The notes under the pieces are model-generated. The model was given only the letters and a program-made list of their open reading frames with translations. It was not told the DNA's origin and ran no database searches. The position numbers were made by a program, and so were the translations under genes. A stretch of DNA of 64,000 nt, from positions 40,426,001 to 40,490,000 of the forward strand of contig NC_087251.1 in assembly GCF_037042905.1 (NCBI RefSeq), written 5' to 3'. Below are positions 29,039 through 41,944 of this stretch, one piece after another. This stretch comes from Lytechinus pictus (taxonomy: Eukaryota). The first letter of the stretch is position 1, and every line of letters begins with the position of its first letter.

Positions 29039-29650
29039 TTAAAGGGATGCTCCAGGCTGAAAATATTATAATTAGAACAGATAAAGAAAGGTCAGACAAA
29101 CAAAACACTGACAATTCGATCAAAATTGGACAAGGAACAACAAAGTTATGGCATTTCAAAGATTTGCAATATTCCGGTGAAACAGCTCTAGGCATGTCTT
29201 CATGAATATTCATTAGATGGGCTGATGATGTCATATCCCCAATTATTCTTTTGTATTATATTATATGAAATAAGGTTTATTCAAATGTTTCCTTTCAAGA
29301 ACCAAAAATATTGAAAAAACAACTGATTAATTGTACTAGATATTCTTTGCTGCAACTTATTTTATTATAAGGGAGACATACATGTATGAAAAATGATACA
29401 ATTATGATTTCATGTGATAATATAAGAAAAAGGAAAATGGGGATGTGACATCATCAATCCATCTATGGAGTATTCATGATGATGTGCATATAACTGTCTC
29501 AGAAATATTGCTAAACTTTAAAATTTAATAACTTAACTTTAGTAGCTATTTGTTATCAGATTTTGATGAAATTTTCAGCATTTTGTTTTGTGAATTTTAC
29601 TCAATTTATTTAGATATAAATATTTTCAGCCTGAGGTATCCCTGGCTTAA
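29039..29650. mobile_element. TTAA-flanked Kolobok-like MITE
   Basis: TTAAAGGGATGCTCCAGGCTGAAAATA...TATTTTCAGCCTGAGGTATCCCT..TTAA. Confidence 0.8.
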
Positions 29651-29834
29651 GCCAATCTTGTTATATGTAATTGCTCCCGGTATATAACAATTAAGATAAT
29701 TTTAGGATAGTAACAAACTTCTCATTGTGATCCGACGTTCATATTTCTATAATTGCATTGCATTACACTGTAAAAACTATTTTGTTGAGTTCTAAACGCA
29801 GATTTGGAAGACTAATTTTTGGAAGGTGACAGTA

Positions 29835-30076
29835 CACTGCAAAATCTCCGGTGTTGATCTAACACCAGCCCGGAATCTATTTATGTCCACACCAGAGAAG
29901 TGTTAAACAACACCAGTTTCGTTTTGGTCTAACACCAGAAAGGTGTTTATACAACACCAATTAGTATTAAAACAGCATCGGTTTGATTCCAAACTGGTGT
30001 TGTTTCAATACTTCTCTGGTGTGAACGTATATAGATTTCGGGCTGGTGTTAAATCAACACCGGAGTTTTTGCAGTG
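29835..30076. mobile_element. palindromic MITE with CACTG termini and TA flanks (CACTA/EnSpm-like)
   Basis: TA|CACTGCAAAATCTCCGGTGTTGAT...ATCAACACCGGAGTTTTTGCAGTG|TA, with internal AACACCAG repeats. Confidence 0.8.
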
Positions 30077-30324
30077 TACCAGGAAAGGGAGGAAAGAGTT
30101 CTCTAATATCATTGAAGGAACCCCCACCCCCTGGTTAGGGCACCTTAAATAAGACCAATTCGCTTGATCAATATGTGAAGAAATAAAAAACAACTACAAC
30201 GCTAAATACAAATTAAAAATTTTTGATTTAAACAGCCAACATTCATAATGCTGAAATCATCTTCATGTCATAATGACGATCGTTTGGGGACATCCATGGT
30301 CTGAATTGTCCTACATAAATTATA

Positions 30325-30601
30325 GTGGGTGTGTCGTGGTCTGGTGGTTCTGACTCTCGCCTTTGAAACAGAGGGTTGTGGGTTCGAATCCCAGACATGG
30401 CGTGTTTTCCTTCAGCAAGAAATTCATCCACACTGTGCTGCACTCGACCCAGGTGAGGTGAATGGGTACCCGGCAGGAGTAATTCCTTGCATGCACTGAG
30501 CGCCGGTGATGGTAGCTCGAGCTAAAGCCGGGGTAATAATAGCAGCGCTTTGCCTCCTCAAACAAAAAGCGATTTTTAAATCCAACTGTTATCATTATTA
30601 T
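30325..30601 (+). mobile_element. tRNA-derived SINE with CORE-like body and L2-like tail
   Basis: A-box GTGGTCTGGTGG and B-box GGTTCGAATCCC. Body CCTTCAGCAAGAAATT...CACTCGACCCAGGTG...AATGGGTACC. (ATT)n tail. Same family as 48334-48620. Confidence 0.85.
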
Positions 30602-33600
30602 ATTTGAACTGTATATATTATTTGAAATTCGATTTGTGAAGGCATCTTGGTGAATTATTTTGTACAAATATAAGTCCCTTTTGCGGTGACATCCACTTCG
30701 CCTTACTTTCATTGGAACACCTCTTACAGAGGTGATCGTGATAGTTCTTCCTGAAACTTCATCTAAAAATTCCACTTTTCGAATGGCAATTCTTCTTCGA
30801 GATCTAAACGAAATGCGTTGACAGAACGCAATTCAACCCTTTCACGTCTTCTCACCTCCTATCACTTGTCCTGACCTCAGCAAATCCCCTCTCAGGAATT
30901 TCTAAGATTTTGGAAATGAATTTCCTTTTCCCCAAAGAAAGAAGTTTGATTTCAAAAATGACAAGTCAGTTCGTCATCTTTCCATACGACCGTACTTTCA
31001 TGGAATACTGACTTTTCATCTGTTCGGTGCATTGGAGATCGAAAATTTATCGCATTGAACATACGGCTGAAATCGTTCTTGCATCAGTAAACCTTCATGC
31101 TCAACCTTAAAATAATGGAAATTTGACGTTATGATGATGATGATACCTTGAAATATTTTCACTGAATAGCACAGATGACAGGGCGTCTTAAAAGTAAAAC
31201 AATTCTCAACACAAATCATTACATTACCATTAACAATTTTTATATTACGATCTGCTTACTGCTTTATACTTTCTGATCACCGCCATTTAATGGAAAATCT
31301 GTATTTACACTTGCCCAATAATAAGAATGATAAAAAACAATTTGGCCAATAAGGCAGTAGAAAGAAACGATCTTGTTTGTAAAACAGAGAAAAAAAAAGG
31401 AATCACGCTAAACTATGAATCGCTCGTATTTTCTTATCAATTCAATAAATACCAAATATGTAGTTGGTTCCGTGAATATGAAATCGTGTAAGACACGTAA
31501 CACGAGTAGATCACTCCTTCTTATTACGCCTGGACTAAAGTACGTGACCTATGGATCTGCTTCCCAGATCTGCTTTCATTTCTCATCGATTAAAGGTCTT
31601 CTCCACCTATTTTCGAAACAAGATAACCCCCTCCAACAGGATCTCTTATCGCTTCACTTTGTCTGAAATCAAACCCTTGCTTTAATACTTGGATATATTT
31701 GTATCCAGGTATCCAGGATGAATTTGTTAAGGTATATAGATTAACCCGGGACTGATGTCCTCCGTCACACTAAGATCGCAGATTTCAAGAACATCACTGG
31801 CATCTGCCATAAGTGCCAATATTTTTTTCGAAACAAAAATACAAAGTAGAACAAAACAAATATACCATTGAGGAATATGCAATTTTAGCAAATAAACAAA
31901 TACATAACAACAGTATTTCATCAAAACTTAAGTCTACTTTTAGTAAATATATCATGGCATGAATAATAGAAAAGAGAGATAAGCATGGAGAAAGCGAGAG
32001 TGTGTGTAAGTGAGAGAGAGGGGGGAGGCGAAAGAGGATGAAGAGAGTGAAATGAAGAAAAAGACAAAAACAAAATATCGTCAGTCATCATTCCATATTA
32101 CATAGAAATATTAATATCTCATACAAAACACAAATACATATTGCATGTATAATTTGACAATAATTCGTATCGGTAATTTTCAATGATTATTGTTATATTT
32201 TCTTGTTTAAAGGGAAAAATAAAAAAAAATACTTAAAACAAAACTGTGTGTTGTGAGGGAATGGATATATTGCATGTTTCGTTGACGATTTTACAGAGAT
32301 TTTTTTTTTAAAGGAAGGCCCCGGAACTTGACTGTTCATGACCTATATCTTTGCTAGTGGGATGATCTCGCCTTAGTTTCGATGGCCCAATTGGTAGACG
32401 GATGTTATTCTTAACACATTATACCGTGGGTACAAGCTCTTGTAACTGATTTAGGATTTTCGATTTCGTTTTAGGTCAATTTTTTTGACCCCCTAAGGAG
32501 CGTAAGAAATAGTTTCAAGTTTATACGATTGATTCGTTCAAAAAGACATATAGGCCTATTCACATGCGTAAATCCCAGGGATCTGGGATATATCCCCTAC
32601 ATTTTAAGAGGGGATGGCTTGTACAATCATCCCCCACTTTTCAAGACATAAACGATATTTTGTTTTTATTCACCAAAACGGTTATTACTACTATTAATGC
32701 GTGGATTCATTAAAAGCAGTCAAAGTGTTTCAACTGGCCTATTTTTTTTTCTAAAGAAGCTCGGTTCAGATTACAAAAATTGGGCCCTGACAAATCCCTA
32801 AAGGCCCCTCACACCTAACCGAATTGCCTGAAATATGCCTTGCGATGGCTGGCGAAAGGCATTTTTTTAATCGTTTTCAATGGTAACTGATAGTAAATCA
32901 TATTTAACCCTTCGTGTTTGGGTACACCTTCTGAACTAACACCTGCGATTACTCAAATTCGCGCGTAAATTTTGAACATGTTTAAAATTTCCCGACGAAT
33001 TGGAAAATCGTTGGTCATCTGTTTGATCCCATATCTTATTTAGTCTGCGGCAATCGTTCGTTTATCGTTCGTGTTTTGTTGTCGCGCATAGTCCCTTTTG
33101 TCATTTTTTAAAATCTATTTATTTATTTTCAGTAGAATTTTTTGCTTGCAGTGTAACTATAAAATGTTGGGAAGGCTGCGGAAGTGCCATTGTATGTGAT
33201 GGGGAGATATTTGATCTCGCCTTGTCGACTTAGTTGTTTTATCTTGTCGATATGACGACATAAAGTATCTTGCCAAGTCGTCTTATTATTAATCTGTCGA
33301 AGCTGCCATGTCGACATGACAAGGCTATAACGTCTTACCAGTCGAATAGATTGTACTTTAAAGGTATCACAGGCCTCAATCATTCCCCATAGACTCGTGT
33401 GTTAAGCTGGCATTAAAAAAAAAATCATATAAAATAAGGATGAAATTCGAGGGTTGAATGTTTACTTTGGATAGGATGTCTCACATTCCATATCTGACCA
33501 GAAAAGGGTACCTCGACCGGCTCATTTTCAAAATAAATCGGCATTTATGAAGACTACACCTGACAGGATCAAATTCATCATTTGAGACAGCAAAATGGCC

Positions 33601-33793
33601 CTAATTCTTCCGCCAGTAAAAATATAGTTCCAAAATGGTGATATATCTTCCCAATTTGGAAAAGGGAAGTTTAGTAGGTACCCTCCCTAGAATCAGTATT
33701 AGATTGTCAATCATATTCATTCATTTTTGTCAATCAGCAATATCAAATTTAAATCATCTCCTTAATGGCTATCAAATACTGCTAGAGGATTGC

Positions 33794-34372
33794 TTAAAGG
33801 AAAATGAAACCTTTGGAACAAGATGGCTTGTGTGAAAACAGAAAAATCATAAAAACAGATCAACGAAAGTTTGAGAAAAATTGAATGAATAATAAGAAAG
33901 TTATGAGCATTTGAAGTTTAGATCATTCTTGTAATATAGATCCTCCCGTTGGCAATGCGACAAAGATGTGTGATGTCACATGTGAACAACTTTCCCATTG
34001 CTTTTGTATATATTTTACTTAAAATGCCTCTTTTTATCACATCTATCAGTAGATCATGAATTCTTTCTAAAGGAGGGCTTGTAATACAGATTTTCAAAGA
34101 ATATATTATGGATAAAGAGTTTATATCACCATAAGAAAGAGCAAAAAGGAGACATTTTGGGGGTATTTTATAGTCCATCAAAGGGAAAGTTGTTCACATG
34201 TGACATCACACATATTTGTCGCATTGCCAATGAGAGGATCTCCATGGCATTAGCGATCGCAATATTCAAATGCTCATAACTTTCTCATTATTTGTCCGAT
34301 TTTTATAAAACTTTATTTGATCTTATTCTTTGATTTTTCTGTTTCGACACAAGCCCACTTGTTCCAAAGGTT
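33794..34372. mobile_element. Kolobok-like palindromic MITE (right terminus clipped)
   Basis: TTAAAGGAAAATGAAACCTTTGGAACAAG...CTTGTTCCAAAGGTT, with ~200-bp inverted arms. Confidence 0.8.
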
Positions 34373-35374
34373 GAGAGTTTGGGGAGAGGGCATGGTCTCG
34401 CCCCTATCTCTTATGGTAATGCATGATAAATGAATGACCTTAGTTTGTCATCCATCATTACCCGATGCTTCATCGCCCACCCTCTAAAGGTATTCTGATC
34501 ATGACCTTCAGTATACCGTGGTCATACCGACCATCAGTGTCGTCTTCATTTCCATCTCATCCTCTTCACTCAGTACCAATGTGGTGTGGATGAGCAGGGG
34601 GATAACTCACCCCCCCCCCCCCCGCCTCATGCCCCTATATACCAACCCACCCTGCGGGCAATAGTCATCTCATGATCAAGAGCAGAATTTATCTGTCTTA
34701 AAAGTCTCACTGTGCAACATACCGTATAAATCCAGCATTTTTATTTTCATTTGCCATGTCCCTTTTTTGGATATTACATATATTAAAAAGGCGTGCAGTA
34801 CCATTCTGGTAAAAACTTGAATCATCCCTTTGTTGGCATCCTTTCTACCTTTCATTATCCTCATTCCTATTTCTCTTTTCGGTTATCATCTAACAACTCA
34901 TCATGCTCATGGGGTTTCTGCGTCTCTTCATCTTCGCCACCGTCATTAATCCCCCCTTCCCCCTTCTTATTTCTAGCCGCCATGGTTCTTTTAGTCTTGG
35001 TAGAAATACTGTCGCATTCATCAGCCGACGCAGTGGATTAAGTGACCTATACAGATGTGTAAGCTGGTAGATTCGTTTCAACTTGTTTTCGTGGGCCTCA
35101 GCATTCCTTGCATTTATCGAATGACTTAATGAGCGATCCAATTTAACACTCGTGTTTAGATGTTATCAAATTATATTGAGTTTCTCATCAAGCTTCTAGT
35201 TCTGGATACTCGGTGGGCTGTTGTGCTCCGTGATGAGATGAGCTGCAACAAACAATAGGCATCACCTGATCACAATCTCCCATGAATGCCTATCATATCA
35301 AGAGGTAGATGGATGGATAGAGGAAGGAAGATCACTATAGATTAATAGATCGATTGGTTGATCAATAATATTCG

Positions 35375-35550
35375 TAGATATGAAGAGATAGATAGATGGA
35401 GATAGATAGACGGATAGATAGATAGATAGATAGATAGAAAGATAGATATATAGATAGATAGATAAATTATAGACAGATAGATAGATAAAAAGATAGATAG
35501 ATAAATAGATAGGTAGGTAGGTAGATAGATAGATAGATAATAAAGATAGA
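35375..35550. repeat. (GATA)n microsatellite
   Basis: Direct inspection. Confidence 0.92.
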
Positions 35551-35559
35551 GTAGTTTGT

Positions 35560-36051
35560 CCCGGGGGAGGCACTTCCATTGACGAGTGGATACCATGCGT
35601 GACCAAAAAAACACGTCAAAACGGATCTCTTTTTCAAGATAGGGCACGTTACATATACGTAACGTAATAAGGGTGACAAAAACACTTAAATAATTAAAAA
35701 ATATATATATATTTCGCTAGGAAAACTACATGTTTACGGTCCATTTTGCGAGGGTATAATTTGTGGGGTGGTATTGAACCCAATGAAAGTAAAGGTAAAG
35801 CCGACGTCCCTGATCACGTCCGTGACATAACAATTAAGATATCGTTGTAAACTTGTTTAGTTGGTCAATTCAGGGAAGAATACTTGTCAAGGGTACCGTT
35901 TTGTTTCCAATACTTGTATCGGTTTCACACGCCAATACTTAAGGGGTGCATTTTCGGAACATGGAAAATACTTGTTTCGGATGCTATTCGAAACCCCATG
36001 GTCACGCATGGTATCCACTCGTCAATGGAAGTGGTGCCCCCCCCCCCCGGG
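35560..36051. mobile_element. MITE with CCCGGGGG termini and ~45-bp TIRs
   Basis: CCCGGGGGAGGCACTTCCATTGACGAGTGGATACCATGCGTGACCA and its inverted copy at 35999-36051. Flanks AGTTTGT / AGTTAGT form a 7-bp TSD with 1 mismatch. Confidence 0.85.
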
Positions 36052-37436
36052 AGTTAGTCCCTCCAAACCTTTGACAATCAACGTTTCCATGGTTTCGGCA
36101 CTGTGGCAAGTAGACGGGTCCCCCATAAAAATAGGCTTCGTGTAAAAAGCGCGGCGCGTTACTAGTATACGGCGCGTGATAAAGTGCGTGATGCAGCGCG
36201 TGATATGGTGCGTTATTTGGCGCATTAAAAATTAATGAAAATAAATCAATCAATAAATACAATTTAAAAATAGATGAAACAGAAAAAAAATAGAAGTAAA
36301 ACTGGTTATGATAAAATTTGTAGACCCTCCTTTTTTTTTCTTTGACTGTGCTTAATTGAGCTTGCAAACAACAAGTTAATCTTTGGTAATTTACTTTCCA
36401 TTGGTAGAAAACCGCCGCTGTACATGCAGCTCTTATTCCCAGTGCAAGGTCAATTCTAATTTAATGTTGTGCCCCCCTCCCTGGATCGAAGAAATCCACG
36501 GCAAATATCAATTTCATAATTTTTTTTAAGAAGGGTCTTAAAATAGCCATTGGGAGGACTTTTATGGGCTTCTTTCGCCCATTTGTCGATATGTAGACCG
36601 ACAATAGTTATCAGTCATGATAATTCATTTGCTAGTCTCTTCTCTTTCAATGATGTATCGTATCCCCTTAACTGCATTAACCAATTGCTATAGATTTTAA
36701 TATGTCTTTTCATAGCCGGAGTAATTCCCCATGCAAGCTCGGCACCACACGATATGTCTGAAATAAGAGATAGCTGAGATTCCGACGTAAGTGGCTGCCA
36801 TTTTGCATGGCATAGAATATCCGTGATTATTAGTCTTAATGACTTTTGATGAGAGTTGACGCTGTCGAATAGTTCCATCTTACATGCAGTGGTAGGGTGA
36901 CACAAAGTTAAAGGCATTGCTTATTACTTTAACAAAATTATAATTTCATCAAAGTATCTGCACGAATTCGATTTGTTATTCTTTCTGTGTGCATTTTATC
37001 TCCCCCCCCCCCGCCTCCCTCCCGCCCCCCTCTTTCTCTCCATGATAACAACGACACGATCCAATCCAATAACCATTGGATCCAGTATTTGATATTATTA
37101 GCGCCTTGTCCTTTTTGGTTACAAAGCGCTGCATACAAACTGACACTTCTATTCCATGTTTGGGCCACTATAACAATAATTCAACACCTCAGATTGATCA
37201 GATTAGTCCATAAATTTCTCAGGGTGTTCTTATTAAAAAAAAGGCCTATGCAGGAGCCACTATTTCAAAGGCCATGCCCTTGTTTCGAAGCTTGGACAAG
37301 GTCAACGTCCCTCTTCGGTTAAATCCTGCTCAGTTCATTTCTACATTTTGAAAATGTTGAATGAATCTGCAGGTCCTAAAAACTCTTATGATGCGAATAT
37401 GAAATAAAGCCATGTTTGAGTAGAGAAGAATGTGAA

Positions 37437-37605
37437 AAAAAGATATTCAATACATATTCAATTTCTGCACTTCTGCACTTTGTCAAATCAATAAATGCAA
37501 ATGTAAATCACACACTAAAAAAAAAAGAAGATATTCAATACATATTCAATTTTTGCATTATTATGCACTTTGTCAAATTATTAAATGCAAATGTAAATCA
37601 CAACT
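37437..37605. repeat. ~89-bp tandem duplication
   Basis: AAGATATTCAATACATATTCAATTT...TGCAAATGTAAATCACA occurs twice. Confidence 0.8.
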
Positions 37606-37734
37606 AGAAAATTGTAATACAAAGTTAGATGGACCATTGTGCCCTGGATTTGCTTTAAGCTTATTGAAAGATAAAAAGGATTGCAGACATACACGAATTG
37701 AATTGAATTTATTAGAACGTCACTGGCATTCGCC

Positions 37735-37935
37735 AATTCAATTCAATTCTTCAATATTTTGTTCAAAACAAGAAGTACAAAATAATACAAAACAAATATA
37801 ATTATACAATTCAAGGAATATAAGCAGATAAACAAACATATAGTATTTCGTCAAAAAGAGAAACTACTTATGTCTACTTATAAATAGTAAATGCCTCATG
37901 ACATGAATAATAGAAGGGATTGATAAGCATGCAGG
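37735..37935 (-). repeat. dispersed repeat (probable LINE 3' tail); related copy at ~31818-31990
   Basis: Shared ACAAAACAAATATA...AGGAATAT...GTCTACTT...CATGAATAATAGAA...GATAAGCATG, with a (TTCAA)n-type end. (TACA)n follows at ~37945-38040. Confidence 0.45.
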
Positions 37936-40900
37936 TGACATATAAACATACATACATACTTACACATAATTATACATACATACACACATACATACATACA
38001 TACACACACATATATATATACACAATATACATATATAAATGCATATACAAATGTACACAATCAACATAGGAATCATTCGGATAGATATTTTGACGATGAT
38101 AATAATAACGACTGTATATTATCAAGTCATGTTAAAGACAAGAATGGTCAATTATACACTCTTTCTCGTAGATGGCGCGCTAGCTGATGGTCTATCCTAT
38201 CATTTGGTGACAAGTAGAATTATTTCAGAGTTATGTTCCGGTGTTCAGCTGAATACGACAGTTCGTTACATTTAGTACAGGCTTCTCAATATAATAATTT
38301 ATATGAATAAGGATCTGGTATAATTCTGAATACAAATTATTCATTTTTTGGAATAGAAGATAAGAATATTGTGCATTTCTTTCATACATGTAACGTGACC
38401 ACGTAACGTCTATAACTGATTTGTTATAGTAACTCGTTGCAGATTATTCAGACTAAACAACAATTATATCTATTTCGGATGAAGAAATCCATTCCTTCTT
38501 TTAAGCTGATTGAATAACATATAAGGAAAAATTACATAGATGAAAGGCAAGTCAGTGTACTTGCCAATAAAACTGATAAATTTGATAAAAGTGGCTAAAT
38601 TTTGAGAGAATATTGATCGTTTAGTAAACTTGTGTTTCATTTCCCAAATCCTTCTCATTTAGTTTGCTACATGTATTGTGTATCCTGTTTATAATCTAAG
38701 TTTTGAATATACTATTACCGCTCTGTTCGATTTCTGTGTAATCCTTTTCGTTGATGTTGATTATTATTAATGTTATTTGTGTTGATATGTTGTAATTACA
38801 TTGTATGCAGCTTTTTGTACAAACATGTAAATGGAATTGGTTTTGTTGACAGTTTAATGACAATTATTGGGGGGTCAATAAAAATATCTTTCAAAAAAAT
38901 GTTTGAGTGGATGTATTTTGCGATTTTACTTGAAAATATACTTAGCCGGGCCAAGCTCTCTATTTTAATTATATTCGATTGCAATGAAAGAGGCTCAATA
39001 GGAAAATATTCATTTAAATAAATAGTGCTTGTGAGTTGCATAAAAAACGATGGCAAGCCTCAAAGGGCACATGAGAGTAATTCATCCGCGCGCAAAGCAT
39101 GCCGGACAGGGGCGAATAAAGATCACATGACTTTATTGATTAAAATAATTCATTAGAAATAAACAAATGTTTGTATATCAAAATATAAATGATATAAATA
39201 ATGTCATGTTCATACTCTTTCATAATAAGGGCGTTTGGGGAGGCGAGAATGATTTTTTTGTATTTCATTTTAATCATTATTATCCACAATGCAGTTCCGT
39301 TTTTTCTCGCAGAGAACTGACCGAAATTTAGGTTCGGGGGCCGCAAAGACAAAAAGGGCACTCATATGTAAAAATTGGCATTTTGGTGCAAATAAATATT
39401 TTAACCATGAGATTATCATCTGCGTTATGTCATTGTGTGTCTTGTAGTAATTAAGTTGAGCAAATCTTGTGGCTGTTTCGCCCCCCCCCCCGGCCCCCCC
39501 CCCAGCCAACAAAGGTTGATCGATGCCCTTGTTTAAAGTCTTAATCGCTCCTATATATCCCGGTCTAAACATCCCCACCCCCTACTGCTCCTCGCAGAAC
39601 ATTTTTTGTTTAGGTTTGTAAGTGGTAAACATTTAATCAAGAATGGATCTTTTAGTAGAAATTTTGATCTTGGACAAAACAATGTCAAAGTGCATCAAGA
39701 CTAGCTAAATTGACAGGTCAGGCAATGAGAGATAAGAACTAGCCTCATAAGTCTAGTATATGATCGCCACCCTGATAAAATTCTGCGTACGTACACGCCC
39801 CTGGTAACGCTGGTAAAGACCACCCCCTTCCAACAGGGGCGGCGGAACCGGGGGGCAGGGGGCACTTGCCCCTCCCCCAAAAAATTCCCGTAGGAAAAAA
39901 ATGCCTTTCTTCAAAATGGAAAATGTCTTCTTTTTTTCAAAAATATGCCTTTTTCGAAATGAAATACCCTTTTTGAAGTAGGCCTACAACATAATACATT
40001 TTAGGTTAGAAAAAAAAATCAATTTTTTTACAGTAAGGTACTCACCCTGTTTCTCATTGTAAAAATGCTTAGAATGTCAAGTTTTCAGGTTGGAATATCA
40101 CAATTTTATTCCATTGGTGAAATAAACATCCTATTCATGAGTCTCTAAATGCAGTCCTTATAACAGGTTCCTTTTCTGGTCAGTATATTAAAAAATTCAG
40201 CTCGCGCTTCGCGCGTTAATTCGGCGATTAGATGCAAATCTTTTTTCATGATTGTAAAAACTGCTCGGAACGCTTAATTTTAATTTCTTATTGAAATGTC
40301 AAAAAGTTTGAGATTGCGATTCGCGCTCGCAACATCTCGCAAGGATGCCCTTTTAACAGTATAGGCGCCATATCTTATAACCGCCCCAAAAGACCCGCCA
40401 CACACCATCATACTCACGAATAATGTATTGTCGTCTTTCATGAAATGTCGCCATCAAACGACAGACATGATATATGAGTTCACATATACATGTATTTATG
40501 TGATATTCGTTTCACCAATCTTTGTAGTAAAACTGTGTGATATATTAGTGTTAAAATTGCGCCCTTTCCAAAGCGTTTTTTTTTTCGTACCCCTTTTGAA
40601 CAGGACTTTGTACGCAGGTGAATAAAAAACCCTGAAATTAAAATATGAAATACCCCAAACGTAGTATTTTTTTTTGCAAATAATCAGGATGAAAAATAGA
40701 TTTTTATTGATCATACGTGAATAATAAAATTTAGTAGGGACGTAGGCCTACACCCAGGAAATTCAAAGAAAAGTTGACACTTAATTGCCAAACATCATAA
40801 AATGTAATGTATCTTAAAAAATATTTGTGCTATCATGACGAATTTGATATCAAACAAATGGGTATGTCATGCCCCTTCATCACATTGCTTTGTCATCAGG

Positions 40901-41449
40901 AGCCGAAAAACTGAATATTTAGGTGTCATTTTTTCCCCAAAAATCTTCATATTCTAGACAAATTAAAAATAAAAGCTTAGGCTAAAACATTGATAATTGT
41001 GCGAGTTACTTCTGAACACAAACATTTCAGATTACACTTTTGTGTTCAGTGGTGACATATCATGATAGAAAATGTGATATAAATCATAGATTTGACATTG
41101 ATATATTTCTATGAAACGATGATAACAAACAATATTTGGCACGAATATTACTTTTTTCTTCAAAGAAAATTCCACCTGAAATATACTTTAATTCCAACGG
41201 CATTCCGATCATGCGCTTTTTCATTTGATACTAAATTCGTCATGGTTGTATTTATATTTCTGAAGATTAAATTTTGAAGTAAATTTTAAAATTTTACAAT
41301 GTTTGGCAAGCAAGGGAACAAATTTCACTTAATCACATACCGTACCGGTATGTATGTAAACTTTTGGCCTCAACCGGTAACCCCGCGTTGCATGCCCAGC
41401 CCCTCGATCGCCTAGCTAGCTCAGCTCAGCCCTCATATCGTTTGGAAAC

Positions 41450-41577
41450 ATGGCTCCGTATCGGAGCATGATGATCGGCTTTCCCTGTCTAACTCAAGTA
41501 AAAGCTGTTCTAAGCTGTCTTTTGTTGGCTGTTGCTTATGTGGGAAGTCTTTATGTGTGGAAGAGAGAATTACCGAG
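41450..41577 (+). CDS. RCE1: CAAX prenyl protease 2 (Ras-converting enzyme 1), coding exon 1
   Basis: ATG at 41450 reads MAPYRSMMIGFPCLTQVKAVLSCLLLAVAYVGSLYVWKRELP+AG, followed by donor AG|GTATGT at 41578. SCL..A..YVGSLYVWK.ELPR matches the RCE1 N-terminal motif as I recall it (human ...YVGSLYVWKSELPRDHP...). Phase 2 joins in frame to exon 2. Confidence 0.93.
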
Positions 41578-41944
41578 GTATGTTGAAATAAATGTAACAA
41601 TACTCGATACGGTGATGTTATGTTGCTGAGTGTTGAATCAATGAATGTTGATTGTTGTGATTGCCAGCGCCACAGACTTCGATACCTCTTCTCGGCGGTA
41701 CGGTACCGGTACCTATGGCTATGTGCGATATTTTGTGTACGTAAGTAGATGGACGTTATCATGTTTACGTGCTAGCGTGTGTTCCAACGGCACAACCACA
41801 CAGGGGTTTACCTTTGCTTTGGAATCCAATGCCATGTGATATAATGTATCGTGTGTGTGATGCCTCGTTCTAACACTACAGTTAGTATCCATGCTCTCAT
41901 AATCGATTATGACATATTGTATTGTAAAGTTACCCACACACACT

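Noticed and set aside
35298..35685. YLSI-repeat ORFs
   Set aside because: Translation of the (GATA)n microsatellite and the adjacent MITE.
36615..36917. 100-aa minus-strand ORF
   Set aside because: No recognisable motif or supporting splice structure.
41433..41762. 109-aa minus-strand ORF
   Set aside because: Antisense shadow of RCE1 exon 1; no recognisable protein.
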